NCBI GenBank assembly: GCA_964397435.1
Contig: CAYNHU010000001.1
Location: 209-64,208, forward strand
Origin: an uncultured Candidatus Saccharibacteria bacterium
GTDB taxonomy: Bacteria; Patescibacteriota; Minisyncoccia; Phycocordibacterales; UBA9973
Length of the DNA: 64,000 nucleotides
Direction of reading: 5' to 3'
Position 1 is the stretch's first letter; every line of letters begins with the position of its first letter. The notes under the pieces were generated by a model. The model ran no database searches. It was not told the DNA's origin and saw only the letters and a program-made list of their open reading frames with translations. This document shows positions 20,128 through 29,955 of this stretch, piece by piece. A program made the translations under genes and the position numbers.

Positions 20128-20672
20128 ACAATTACATTAAAATAACGCAACACAACACGGAGTACTACAAACGCGCCAATCAAAATAGCTCCATAGAAAA
20201 GATACATTTTACCGAAGAAAAGTGCGAGAGCTGCGTACCAATAAAATCCTGGGCCAGCATCATACGCAACTGACACATTTCCCTGTGCTGGTTTGCCCTT
20301 GATTGCGATCGTTGCATCCTTCCCCGCCACATCGCGAAGAGCTTCATATTTTTTAGCGAGATCCTGACGATACACGTCAAATGTATTCACTTTGTCTTTG
20401 ATCGATTGTGGAATCACGGCTACAACTTTTTTCTCCCATTCATCAATAACCTCGAGTTGCGTATCGAAACTGCCCGTAGCTGAAGTTGCTGTTGTTTTGG
20501 TTGTGGCTGTTTTTGAAGTGGTCGTAGGAGTTACCTTTGTCTGTGTTGTAATTGTTCGCTCCGTTGTTTGCGGCGTGCGATCTGGGGCAAATTGAAACTG
20601 CTGTGCAGCAACAACCTGTGGAGCAAGCATTCCGAGAACTATCATTGTGTATACAATACCAGTCCGTTTCAT
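20124..20672 (-). CDS. Hypothetical Thr-rich secreted protein with C-terminal TM
   Basis: 182 aa; signal peptide, Thr/Lys-rich tract, C-terminal hydrophobic helix. Confidence 0.45.
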   Translation of the reverse strand: MKRTGIVYTMIVLGMLAPQVVAAQQFQFAPDRTPQTTERTITTQTKVTPTTTSKTATTKTTATSATGSFDTQLEVIDEWEKKVVAVIPQSIKDKVNTFDVYRQDLAKKYEALRDVAGKDATIAIKGKPAQGNVSVAYDAGPGFYWYAALALFFGKMYLFYGAILIGAFVVLRVVLRYFNVIV

Positions 20673-20690
20673 ACCGGTTAGTATAGCATA

Positions 20691-22175
20691 TTATTCAACG
20701 TGTACCTGAACGTCTGTTCGTTCTTTTTTAACATTAAGTGTAAGCACTGCAAATGCACCAACGAGGACAAGAATACTTGCAAACACAAACACGTAGTCGT
20801 ACGCAACAATTTGCGCTTTGAGTGTCACGAGCGCAATATATATCTGTGTGGTAATTGGATCGTGCGCATTCAATACACTGTGACTGTTAATAGTCAGCAC
20901 ATTGTGTGTGATGCGATTACTCAAGATAGTACCGAACAACGCAATACCGAATGCACCTGCAATGTTACGTACGAGTGCGAGCACCGAAGATGCAATACCG
21001 ATTTCGTGCGGATCAACCACTGAGGCAATCACATTAGTACGCTGCGCCATACCGAAACCAAGACCAAACGCCATAATACAGAGCGGGATAATAATATCGA
21101 GTGCCGTTGAACGCGGATCGAGCCATGAGAACATGAAAATACCAATACCAGCAACAAGCGTACTTGCAAAAATAACGTATCGAGCTTGCACGCGACCAGT
21201 TAGCATACCACCAATAGGCGCTGCGAACATGAGTGCTGCTGCCATTGGCATAAAGAGATATCCAGATTCAGTCGCATTGTAACCAAGAAATGTTTGCGCA
21301 AAAATAGGCACCAAAAATAAACCTCCCATCATACCCATGAACACAACGAAGTTATTGAACAATGTATTGACAAACGCTGGGATTGCAAAAAATCGAAGAT
21401 CAACGATTGGCTCAGGAACTGTTTGTTCAATCTTGATAAAGATCGCGAACAAAACAACCGCAAAGAAATAACACACGAATGCTGGCACTGAAAACCAACC
21501 CCAATCCAATCCCTTATCAAGAATGAGCACCAATGCAGACAATGAACCACCCAACGTCAACGCACCCCACCAGTCGAAGTATGCCGTTTTTGATTCTTGG
21601 CGAGATTCATTGATAAATCGTACTGCCATGTATGTTCCCAAAATACCAATCGGCAAGTTAATAAGAAACACTGAACGCCAGCCAAACAAATCAATCAGTG
21701 GACCACCAAGGAGCGGGCCAAACACTGATGCAGCAGCAAACGAACTAGACCAAATACCGAGTGCTTGCGCGCGTTCTTTACCCTCTTTGAATGTCACAGC
21801 AAGAATCGCCATCGCGGTTGGATAGTCAGCAGAACCAGCAATCGCCTGAATGACACGAAACACGATCATTGATGAAAGATTCCATGCGAGACCTGCAAGC
21901 ACTGAACCGAGGATAAAAATAGTGAAGCCTATGATATATACTTTTTTTCTTCCAATGGTATCACCAAGTTTACCCCAGATCGGCACAAAAATCGCGTTCG
22001 CAAGAATGTACGCAGTGGCAATCCAACCGGCAGCAGAAACCGTAATGCCGAAATCATTGATGATATTAGGCAGTGCGAGGTTGACGATCGTTTGATCGAG
22101 ACGTCCAAGAAATGTACCCACGATAACCGTGAGCAAAATCCACCAGCGAAGATTGTCGGTTTTTGCTTCTTGCAT
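20691..22175 (-). CDS. MFS transporter, 14-TMS drug:H+ antiporter (EmrB/DHA2-like)
   Basis: 494 aa; MFS signature motifs (G.L.D..GRK) and 14 predicted helices. Confidence 0.8.
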   Translation of the reverse strand: MQEAKTDNLRWWILLTVIVGTFLGRLDQTIVNLALPNIINDFGITVSAAGWIATAYILANAIFVPIWGKLGDTIGRKKVYIIGFTIFILGSVLAGLAWNLSSMIVFRVIQAIAGSADYPTAMAILAVTFKEGKERAQALGIWSSSFAAASVFGPLLGGPLIDLFGWRSVFLINLPIGILGTYMAVRFINESRQESKTAYFDWWGALTLGGSLSALVLILDKGLDWGWFSVPAFVCYFFAVVLFAIFIKIEQTVPEPIVDLRFFAIPAFVNTLFNNFVVFMGMMGGLFLVPIFAQTFLGYNATESGYLFMPMAAALMFAAPIGGMLTGRVQARYVIFASTLVAGIGIFMFSWLDPRSTALDIIIPLCIMAFGLGFGMAQRTNVIASVVDPHEIGIASSVLALVRNIAGAFGIALFGTILSNRITHNVLTINSHSVLNAHDPITTQIYIALVTLKAQIVAYDYVFVFASILVLVGAFAVLTLNVKKERTDVQVHVE

Positions 22176-22187
22176 ATAAGAGTGCGA

Positions 22188-22832
22188 TTACTTTGCTTGT
22201 GTGTGAACTGTTATTTTCGCAGACATACCATTTTTAAGTTCTGGATATACTGCACTGTCGAAGCGAACTTTCACAGTAAATTTTTTGATAGGTCGTTTGT
22301 CTGAGATTGAGAAAACAACTCCTGTTTCAGATGATGTTGGACTAATTTCATCAACAAGACCTGCGTATACTTTTCCAGGAAACGCATCAACGGTAAATGT
22401 TACGCGCTGACCAACAGCAACGTCTTTGAGACCTTTGTTTTCCTCAACAGATGCAACAACTTTCATCGCTGTTGTTTTGATAACTGACACGACAGTCATA
22501 CCAGGTGTGTAATAGCCACCGAGCGCTTCAGGAGTAAATGAAACAACTCCTGGCTCTTTTGATGTAACAACAGTTGTACCAACAAGTGCGACGGCAGTGT
22601 TTGCAGCAATAGTATCGCCTGTTTTGACGTACAACGCATTCAATGTACCTGGAGCAACTGGAGAAAGATTTACGAGAGGCGCATCGAGATATGCAGCATC
22701 AGAAAATACAGTTCCTGCGTTTGATTGCCAAAAAAGAAAGAGGCCGAGCAAACTAAAGACAACAACAGTAATCGAGAGACTCTGTACCCAAGGTCGAGCG
22801 AACATATTTGTTTGTGTATTTTTGTTTTCCAT
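22188..22832 (-). CDS. Membrane-fusion protein paralog B (TM + lipoyl + beta-barrel, no alpha-hairpin)
   Basis: HlyD/EmrA-like beta-barrel segment (GQRVTFTVDAFPGKVYAGLV); start taken at MENKNTQ, after the stop of paralog A. Confidence 0.6.
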   Translation of the reverse strand: MENKNTQTNMFARPWVQSLSITVVVFSLLGLFLFWQSNAGTVFSDAAYLDAPLVNLSPVAPGTLNALYVKTGDTIAANTAVALVGTTVVTSKEPGVVSFTPEALGGYYTPGMTVVSVIKTTAMKVVASVEENKGLKDVAVGQRVTFTVDAFPGKVYAGLVDEISPTSSETGVVFSISDKRPIKKFTVKVRFDSAVYPELKNGMSAKITVHTQAK

Positions 22833-22851
22833 ATGAGATAGCTCGTGAGAA

Positions 22852-23916
22852 TTAACGATCAAGGAGGATTTCAATTGCAGGTGCATTTGATGCAGCAATC
22901 TGTCCGGCTGTAATCAGTACGTTAGTAATCGTTCCATTTTCAGGTGCAGTAATGATTGTGTTGCTATATGCAGCTTGTGCAATTTCAAGCGCTCCTCGTG
23001 CACTTTCAACTTGTGCTTGCGCTGTTGCAACATCTTCAGGACGAGCAGCCGTAACAAGTTGTGTGAGGTTTGCTTGTGCTTGATCGACAGCCGCTTGTGC
23101 TGTTGCAAGAACCTGATCGCGAGTCTGCAATGCTTGCTGGTATGCATTGTAATTAGTGAGGTAGTTTGGAGCAGTTGTATTTGGTAACTCAAGTGTCCAT
23201 GTTGTAGTAGTTGCAGCAGCTGCGTCACTAAACTGAATAAACAAGCCAGAATCGCCGAGAGGTTGTGGTGCAGCTTTTTTCATTGAACCAGTACCTTCTA
23301 CCAAACCAGATACAGTAAAGTAACCACCATCAGATGATTGATTTGTGGTGATAGTAATGACGCCTTCGACATCTTTTGTATATGTACCTGAAATAGTTGG
23401 TGGTGTAAGCACAGTGTCACCAGTAGTACGAGGAATAAGTGTTGAGTTCAACAATGCACGGTGCGCATTCGCAACCAATACTGATTGCTGCTTTTTTGCT
23501 TCAGCAAGATTCACAGTTGCAGTATTGAGTGCTGCCTTGGCAACATCGATTGCAGCACCAGTCGCACCGTTGATGATTTTCTGGTAGTTTGCTTGTGCCG
23601 CTGTATATGCAGCACGAGCTTGTGACAATGCACCAACGGCGTTACCCGCATCAATCGTTGCAAGCACATCGCCTTTTTTAACAACATCACCAGTTTTAAC
23701 AGAAACAGTTGCAATGCGGCCACCAGCAACAAAACCAAGTGTTAAATCTCGTGTACCAGTACCAGTGATAACTTGATCAGCAGATGCTGCAAAATCAACT
23801 GTTGGAATATTATGAATTCGGTAATAACCCCATGCTCCAACGCCAAGCGAAATAACAATCGTCGTTGCTGCAACGAGTTTCGGAGTATTAATAAATGTGT
23901 GTACGTGTTGTTTCAT
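22852..23916 (-). CDS. Membrane-fusion protein paralog A (TM + lipoyl + long coiled-coil hairpin, no beta-barrel)
   Basis: EmrA-like N-terminal anchor, lipoyl halves (VKKGDVLATID ... IITAPENGTI) flanking an Ala/Gln-rich coiled coil; ends right after lipoyl domain. Confidence 0.65.
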   Translation of the reverse strand: MKQHVHTFINTPKLVAATTIVISLGVGAWGYYRIHNIPTVDFAASADQVITGTGTRDLTLGFVAGGRIATVSVKTGDVVKKGDVLATIDAGNAVGALSQARAAYTAAQANYQKIINGATGAAIDVAKAALNTATVNLAEAKKQQSVLVANAHRALLNSTLIPRTTGDTVLTPPTISGTYTKDVEGVITITTNQSSDGGYFTVSGLVEGTGSMKKAAPQPLGDSGLFIQFSDAAAATTTTWTLELPNTTAPNYLTNYNAYQQALQTRDQVLATAQAAVDQAQANLTQLVTAARPEDVATAQAQVESARGALEIAQAAYSNTIITAPENGTITNVLITAGQIAASNAPAIEILLDR

Positions 23917-23919
23917 ACG

Positions 23920-24345
23920 TTATTGAATAAGAATAGTAATAATACGTTCAAGAGTCTTTTTGTCGTTTGGACTCAGTCGATCAATCATTTCCTGTATCAC
24001 TGTTTGCTTGTGGGTCACTGCTCGCGCATACAGGTCTTTTGCTTTTTTGGTTAAGCTGATACAAATAACTCGACGATCCTGCTTGTCTGGCGTTCGATCA
24101 ATCACACCTTTTTTCTCCAGTTCATCAACAATACTTGTTGCAGACGGAGGTGTGATTTTCAAATGGTTGGCAATCGCACGCATCGTAACCGTACCCTGCG
24201 TGCCGATAAAGCGTACAATTTCCATTTGAGAAAATGTCAGCTCGTGCGGAAATCTCTCCCTGCGACACATATCAACGATTTTACGCCGAAGTGTGAGCAG
24301 CAAGTCTTCCAGATTGGGTTGTGGCGTAGATGATGCCATAAACAA
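23920..24345 (-). CDS. MarR-family transcriptional regulator
   Basis: Winged-helix MarR signature; first gene of marR-MFP-MFP-MFS operon. Confidence 0.8.
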   Translation of the reverse strand: MFMASSTPQPNLEDLLLTLRRKIVDMCRRERFPHELTFSQMEIVRFIGTQGTVTMRAIANHLKITPPSATSIVDELEKKGVIDRTPDKQDRRVICISLTKKAKDLYARAVTHKQTVIQEMIDRLSPNDKKTLERIITILIQ

Positions 24346-24347
24346 TA

Positions 24348-24372
24348 AGACTATCTAATAGTTAGATAGTCT
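24348..24372. promoter_or_regulatory. Perfect 10-bp inverted repeat agactatcta-N5-tagatagtct directly upstream of marR start; probable MarR operator
   Basis: Read directly; MarR-family repressors bind such palindromes in their own promoters. Confidence 0.5.
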
Positions 24373-24424
24373 AAGTATATCGCAGACGAGAAGTCCTGTC
24401 AACCAAAAAACACCCTAGAAAAAC

Positions 24425-24982
24425 CTAGAGTGTTTTGAATGTTACGTTTGTTGGTATCGAGAAAACTCCTTCATCTACTGACCATGGAGTGCAGTTGTAG
24501 TCGCCGATTTGTTCAGCGTTGAATGAATATGTTCCTGAAGTACTTGCACTACCTGATGCTGGCGTGTCTTTTGGATCAACTGTTTTGGTCTTGTACCCCA
24601 TCCCCTGCATCATTGATGACCATGTGTAACTGTAACCCTCACGAACGAGAATATTGGTATCAATAGTCATGCCTTGTACTTTTGTTGAAAACACGCCACT
24701 GATACGTCCACCATCGATGTAAACCTTGCCTTTTGATTCGATATTCTGAACGTACTGGTTCACAGTACACTGATATGCGCCACCTTGTTTCAAAAAATCA
24801 GCGAACGCCATTTTCTTGCCTGATGAAGTCGGCTGATTCTCTACAACACCCTCAGATGTTGTAGTTTTTGTTGATGAAGACTGTGACGGACTTTTTGTAA
24901 TCACCGCGTAACTAATACCCGCGACAACAGCAAGCGCTGAGATCGCTCCAATAATTTTGATTGATGTAATGTGTGTAAACAT
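24425..24982 (-). CDS. Hypothetical secreted protein
   Basis: 185 aa, signal anchor, Ser/Thr-rich linker. Confidence 0.45.
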   Translation of the reverse strand: MFTHITSIKIIGAISALAVVAGISYAVITKSPSQSSSTKTTTSEGVVENQPTSSGKKMAFADFLKQGGAYQCTVNQYVQNIESKGKVYIDGGRISGVFSTKVQGMTIDTNILVREGYSYTWSSMMQGMGYKTKTVDPKDTPASGSASTSGTYSFNAEQIGDYNCTPWSVDEGVFSIPTNVTFKTL

Positions 24983-25004
24983 GTGATGATTGTAGCATAG
25001 TTTA

Positions 25005-25496
25005 TTAAAATCGGACTCTAACTTTTTCTGCCATTTCCTGAGTACTTACATACGCCAGGGCATCAATCTCAGAGTTACGAATTTCAATGGTATCCCATCC
25101 AGGACGTTCATATATAGACGCACCAGAAATTATCTCACCGTTTAAAATACGATTTTTGAGTTGTTGATAATCATCCAATGAGAGTACGAAATCAACATCA
25201 CCGGCTTCGGGTGAATCCAAATTAGGTCTACGAATATATAGATGAGTATAGGTAGCAGGTGGTATCGTATCAACTTGGTCAACGGTAATAGGATTTTTAA
25301 GCTCAAAGTATTTCTGATCTGGATTGCTACTTGAATACGTAAGTTCTTCGCGAATTTTTGTAAAGGCTTCAAACTCAGCTTCCGACTGACAAAAGATACC
25401 GATGTTACCCGCCACTGGTAAATACACACCAAGCGCTTGATGACAAAGCTTGGAACATCCTATGTGAATTTTTTGTATTACATTTTTTAAATCCAT
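25005..25496 (-). CDS. Hypothetical protein
   Basis: 163-aa ORF, no family recognised. Confidence 0.4.
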   Translation of the reverse strand: MDLKNVIQKIHIGCSKLCHQALGVYLPVAGNIGIFCQSEAEFEAFTKIREELTYSSSNPDQKYFELKNPITVDQVDTIPPATYTHLYIRRPNLDSPEAGDVDFVLSLDDYQQLKNRILNGEIISGASIYERPGWDTIEIRNSEIDALAYVSTQEMAEKVRVRF

Positions 25497-25556
25497 TTTT
25501 TACTTTTTTCTTTCTTCGATTTAGTTAGTTCTGTAATCTTTGAAAGTCGATCTTTG

Positions 25557-25627
25557 CTACGGGACTAGGACTCGAACCTAGATTAACGGGACCAAAACCC
25601 GCTGTCCTACCATTAGACGATCCCGTA
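25557..25627 (-). tRNA. tRNA-Gln (anticodon UUG)
   Basis: Cloverleaf by eye: U1:A72, anticodon loop TTTTGGT, T-arm CTAGG-TTCGAGT-CCTAG; 71 nt. Confidence 0.8.
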
Positions 25628-25653
25628 AAGGGTGCGATCGTAATGATCGCGGG

Positions 25654-25688
25654 ATACGAGGGGCTGCCCGAAGGGCAGCCCCTCGTAT
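25654..25688 (-). terminator. Perfect 16-bp GC-rich hairpin (atacgaggggctgccc-gaa-gggcagcccctcgtat) downstream of dnaX
   Basis: Read directly; weak T-run, so could also be a processing/stability element. Confidence 0.5.
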
Positions 25689-25702
25689 CTACTGGTATCT
25701 AT

Positions 25703-26779
25703 TTATTTACCACTCGTATCTTGCCCTAAAATCTCAATCAACGCAAGTTCTAACGGGAGCGATTGGATAAATGTATGCTTGAGACCTTGGTACGCGCCGA
25801 GTATTTTTTCCAAATGCGCTGAGGTAAACATCTCTTTGTGTCCGGCAAGCAATTTCTCAAGTTCAGCCTTGTCGGTATCACTCATCTCAGCAGTTAACGC
25901 AGTATATGACGGAGCGACACGAAGCACTAATGCAATACGGAACAAATGAACGAGCAACTTCACAAACAACTTCATATCAATATTTTGCACTTGTGCTTGT
26001 CCAACAGTCGTCAACGCTTCTTCGAGATTTCGTTCAGCGATAGCGTGGAGTACTGCATACACCAGTTTGCGTGATGGTGCACCAGTGATTGCTTCAATTT
26101 CTTCAATGCTAATTTTTTTTGCTGATGCAAATGACAACACCTTATCAAGCACGCCTTCGGTATCTCGAAACGATCCATCACCGAGAAGCGCAATCAATTC
26201 TGCCCCACTCTCATCAATACTGTAGCCTTCTTTTTTTGCAATATCAGTAACAAGTGTGCGAAGCAACGCATCAGTTGGCTTTTTGAATGTAAACAACTGG
26301 CAACGTGACACGATAGTATCAGGAACTTTTTCAAGTTCAGTTGTTGCGAGAATGAAAATGACATGCGCTGGTGGTTCTTCAAGTGTTTTCAAAAGTGCAT
26401 TAAACGCTGCTTTTGAAAGCATGTGCACTTCATCGAGAATATACACTTTGTATTTTGAATCAAACGGAAGTGTGCGCACACCTTCGCGAAGTAAATGCAC
26501 ATCTTCTACTTTGTTGTTTGACGCAGCATCAATTTCATACAAGTCGTTGACTGATGTGCCGAGTTCTCGTGCAAAAATACGAGCAACAGACGTTTTACCA
26601 ATACCGCGTGAACCATAAAAAAGATACGCGTGTGCGATTTTGCCTGTTTCGATAGATTTCTGAAGTACTGAGGTAATATGATCCTGTCCCAATACGTCCG
26701 CAAATGTTTCTGAGCGGTACTTTCGATAGAGCACGTGGTTCGTTTCGCGTGCGTTGCTGTCATCCTTCTTCTTTGCCAT
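25703..26779 (-). CDS. dnaX: DNA polymerase III subunit gamma/tau, short form (domains I-III only)
   Basis: AAA+ clamp-loader motifs (GSRGIGKTS, DEVHML, SRC sensor); 358 aa. Confidence 0.85.
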   Translation of the reverse strand: MAKKKDDSNARETNHVLYRKYRSETFADVLGQDHITSVLQKSIETGKIAHAYLFYGSRGIGKTSVARIFARELGTSVNDLYEIDAASNNKVEDVHLLREGVRTLPFDSKYKVYILDEVHMLSKAAFNALLKTLEEPPAHVIFILATTELEKVPDTIVSRCQLFTFKKPTDALLRTLVTDIAKKEGYSIDESGAELIALLGDGSFRDTEGVLDKVLSFASAKKISIEEIEAITGAPSRKLVYAVLHAIAERNLEEALTTVGQAQVQNIDMKLFVKLLVHLFRIALVLRVAPSYTALTAEMSDTDKAELEKLLAGHKEMFTSAHLEKILGAYQGLKHTFIQSLPLELALIEILGQDTSGK

Positions 26780-26859
26780 ATAGGGTGTAGTATAGCAAAA
26801 AGAAAAACCCGATGCGAATCGCTCCGCAAAGGGTTTTAAAATACATAGTTTGTTTAATT

Positions 26860-28170
26860 CTATAACAAGACAAGTGCGTCTTTATCAGGGCCGGTACCAT
26901 AACCAATAATACGAACCTCCGGACCTAAGTTTGTAGTAAGCATACTCTCAACCGCATTAAAGAAAAGGTTTAAGTTAACGTTTTTCATATGGTCTTCTTG
27001 TGGTTTCCAATTAGACCAGCCGTTAAAGTCTTCAATAATTAAATCCTCTGCATGGATTTCTGAAAGTGAAAAGTATGTTCTTTTATACTCTGTTACCAAT
27101 CTCATAGTTGAAACCGGGCAAATGTCTGCTTTTGTAAAAAACACTTTCGTGGTTCCAGTTGCACGTATTGCTTCAATAAGTAACGGCATATCAAGATGGC
27201 CAATTCTACGAGGGCGACCAGTTGATGCCCCATACTCATTACCTGCTTTACGAAAAACCTCTGCAGTCTGCTCATCCATTTCTGAAGGAAAATATCCCTC
27301 TCCAACTTTAGTAACATATGGTTTTGCAACACCCCACACTTCTTTTATGACAGTATGCGGTAAGCCAAGCGAAGTAAGTAATGCAGCCGGTGTGGTATTA
27401 GAGCTCGTAACATTGGGATAGTCGCCCAAGATACGATCAAGCATGTATGCTTGCGCACCTTCAGCTAAAATTTTCTTTCCCTTGCCTGCAAACTCATACG
27501 CACGGTGAGTCAGATTACTAATCCAGTTTGTATCAATTGCATGTACGGCAGATAACCATTCCTGTTCAGCAGTATCCATAGCTTCATTTGAAACAATATA
27601 TTCATAGCCAGAGTAGAAATTAATCAGCAAACTTCTTTGATAATCGAAATGTTTTTTACATTTCTGTTTAAAATCGGGCGATATAATATCACCAATACGC
27701 AAACCATTTCTGCTAGTATCGTACATATAGCCGGGGCCAATGCCGCGACCAGTTGTACCAACTTTTTTACCGTTTTGTGCTTTATACGCTTCTTCTGCAG
27801 CGTCAATAAAACAATCAAACGGACTTGCTAATATGGCGCGATAATCAATGTAAAGTCGGTTTGTAATTTTGAACTGGTTCCTTTTGCTTTCAAGCTCATC
27901 AATTTCTTTTTTTAATTGAATTGGGTTAACAAGCACATTACCGCCTATCCAACATTCTTTACCAGGAGACAAAGCCCCGCTTGGTAAAATATGTGCAATA
28001 AACGTAACACCATCTGTTTCAAGTGAGTGGCCAGCGTTATGACCACCATTGAAACGTAAGATTGCGTCAAACTCTTCAAGAAGTGCTAAGAGAAGCTTAC
28101 CTTTTCCTTCGTCACCCCACTGCAGTCCGACAACAACTGTAATGAATTTCTGAAATAAATTGTTTTGCAT
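26860..28170 (-). CDS. purA: Adenylosuccinate synthetase
   Basis: GLQWGDEGKGK P-loop signature and full-length PurA fold. Confidence 0.9.
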   Translation of the reverse strand: MQNNLFQKFITVVVGLQWGDEGKGKLLLALLEEFDAILRFNGGHNAGHSLETDGVTFIAHILPSGALSPGKECWIGGNVLVNPIQLKKEIDELESKRNQFKITNRLYIDYRAILASPFDCFIDAAEEAYKAQNGKKVGTTGRGIGPGYMYDTSRNGLRIGDIISPDFKQKCKKHFDYQRSLLINFYSGYEYIVSNEAMDTAEQEWLSAVHAIDTNWISNLTHRAYEFAGKGKKILAEGAQAYMLDRILGDYPNVTSSNTTPAALLTSLGLPHTVIKEVWGVAKPYVTKVGEGYFPSEMDEQTAEVFRKAGNEYGASTGRPRRIGHLDMPLLIEAIRATGTTKVFFTKADICPVSTMRLVTEYKRTYFSLSEIHAEDLIIEDFNGWSNWKPQEDHMKNVNLNLFFNAVESMLTTNLGPEVRIIGYGTGPDKDALVLL

Positions 28171-28215
28171 GATACCTATGTTTTTTTGTTTTGTATTTTG
28201 TCGTTTCGTAAAAAA

Positions 28216-29763
28216 TTATTTGTTCATTACTCTCACTCCGCTTTCTATTTGGCCAGCATACGTGATTCTGGTGAATATTGGTTCACGTTGTAGTTCAGCA
28301 ATAGTGTGAGCACCTTGATAGGTGCGCATACTTTGAACTAACGCGCCATGATATTCATCTACAACATCCTGTACGGGGCCTTTACTTACTACCCAACCAC
28401 TCACACCTTCTGCAATTTTCTTAAGTGGTTTTTTACCAGTTACTCCGGTAATACCATATCTGTCGGTTGCCTGATTAAGCTTCATGGCTTCTGGAGAACC
28501 CATACCACGGTATGATTTCTTTTTAATACCATCTTCAATCTTAGTTTCACCAGGTGCTTCGTCAGTGCCAGCAAAAGTACCGCCCATCATTACCGCACTA
28601 GCACCAGCAGCCAATGCTTTGACTGTGTCGCCAGTAAATTTAATTCCACCATCGGCAATAAGTGGGATGTTGTACTTTTTACAAACAGGTGCACATTCAA
28701 GTATTGCGCTAAATTGCGCCTTACCATTTCCAGTTTTTTCTCTGGTAGTGCAAATTGCTCCAGGACCAACACCAATTTTAACGGCATCAGCACCTGCATC
28801 AATCAGAAACTTCGTTCCTTCTGCTGTAACAACATTACCACCTATTACTGGCACTATTTTAGATAGTTGCTTGATTTTTGTAATGATGTCAGCAACAGCT
28901 TGGGAATGTCCTTGTGCTGTATCTATCACTAAAAAATCAACCCCAGCTTCAATTAAAGCCTTGGCACGTTCAAAACCTTCCTCTGCAACACCGATAGCGG
29001 CACCTACCAAGTAGCTACCTTGTGCATCAAGTGACATCAGTGGAAATTTTGTTACAGCATCAAGATCTTTTTTGAAATAGATACCGAGTAGAGTATGGTC
29101 AGTTTCAGATGCAATAATCGGTAAACGTTTCTTACCATTTTGCTTAAAAAGTTTTCGTGCTGCTTCAACATTTGTGTTGTTGTATGCAACGTGTAACTCG
29201 TTAAATGGTATCATCATCTCGGAAACTTTCTTATCTGGTTCATCAGGAAAATCTTCGACACGCCTTTCACTGATAATACCGAGCAATTTATGCTCAGCAT
29301 CAATAATTGGAACAGTGCCAAACGGTGCTTTTGTAAAAAGTTCTGTTGCTTCTGCAATAGTAGCATCAGGCGGTAGTGTTACAGGGTTACTTACCATCGT
29401 ACTACGATGGCGTTTAACCTGTCGCACCATTGCAACCTGCTCCACAATTGAACAGTTACGATGTATGACACCAACACCACCTGCTCGCGCAAGGGCGAGG
29501 GCTAAGTTGGAATCAGTTACAGTATCCATAGCCGCTGACAAAAACGGCACTTTAATTCTCAATCCACGAACAAATTCAGTTTCAGTTGAAACCTCATCGT
29601 AAGGACCAAGGTCAGTGTACTTGGGTGTCAAATGCACATCATCATAGGTAAGTGCATCGGTAACCACAAGGTAGTATGGGCCAAAGTGGCGCCATAGTAA
29701 TTGCGCGATGAATCTAAGTAGCTCTATGGCACTCATTGATTCGACTGGTTTGTTGAACAACAT
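28216..29763 (-). CDS. guaB: Inosine-5'-monophosphate dehydrogenase with CBS pair
   Basis: TIM-barrel IMPDH with catalytic Cys loop (GPGAICTTR), CBS insert. Confidence 0.9.
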   Translation of the reverse strand: MLFNKPVESMSAIELLRFIAQLLWRHFGPYYLVVTDALTYDDVHLTPKYTDLGPYDEVSTETEFVRGLRIKVPFLSAAMDTVTDSNLALALARAGGVGVIHRNCSIVEQVAMVRQVKRHRSTMVSNPVTLPPDATIAEATELFTKAPFGTVPIIDAEHKLLGIISERRVEDFPDEPDKKVSEMMIPFNELHVAYNNTNVEAARKLFKQNGKKRLPIIASETDHTLLGIYFKKDLDAVTKFPLMSLDAQGSYLVGAAIGVAEEGFERAKALIEAGVDFLVIDTAQGHSQAVADIITKIKQLSKIVPVIGGNVVTAEGTKFLIDAGADAVKIGVGPGAICTTREKTGNGKAQFSAILECAPVCKKYNIPLIADGGIKFTGDTVKALAAGASAVMMGGTFAGTDEAPGETKIEDGIKKKSYRGMGSPEAMKLNQATDRYGITGVTGKKPLKKIAEGVSGWVVSKGPVQDVVDEYHGALVQSMRTYQGAHTIAELQREPIFTRITYAGQIESGVRVMNK

Positions 29764-29800
29764 TTTTTCTTGTTTTTATAGAATTTAATTTATGCACAAA

Positions 29801-29855
29801 AACGTGCTCGCGGCACATTCAATAAAATGACTGTACTCCGAGCACGTTTCTGAGA
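29801..29855 (-). promoter_or_regulatory. guaB leader hairpin followed by U-run (candidate attenuator) about 45 nt upstream of start
   Basis: Arms aacgtgctcgcgg / ccgagcacgtt with 26-nt loop, then ttttt on the guaB strand. Confidence 0.35.
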
Positions 29856-29876
29856 TTTCTCAATGATATTTTTTTC

Positions 29877-29905
29877 AATCTACAAGAAAAAGTGATGTAA
29901 GTCAA
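29877..29905 (-). promoter_or_regulatory. Sigma70-type promoter for guaB: TTGACT-17-TAGATT
   Basis: Read on minus strand; -35 overlaps small palindrome gtcaat-ag-attgac. Confidence 0.45.
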
Positions 29906-29955
29906 TAGATTGACTAATTATTTCATATATTGTTTTTTGATAAAAACTACCTTAT

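Noticed and set aside
19855-20672. Calling the two small membrane proteins upstream of PBP2 MreD and MreC
   Set aside because: Position is suggestive, but at 90 and 182 aa with a Thr-rich linker they do not resemble MreD or MreC, and no mreB or rodA is present; left as hypothetical.
22852-22898. Apparent 47-nt overlap/frameshift between the two MFP ORFs, suggesting a pseudogene
   Set aside because: The downstream ORF has a plausible internal start (MENKNTQ) after the upstream stop and its own TM anchor; two separate genes explain it better, but read-level confirmation is needed.
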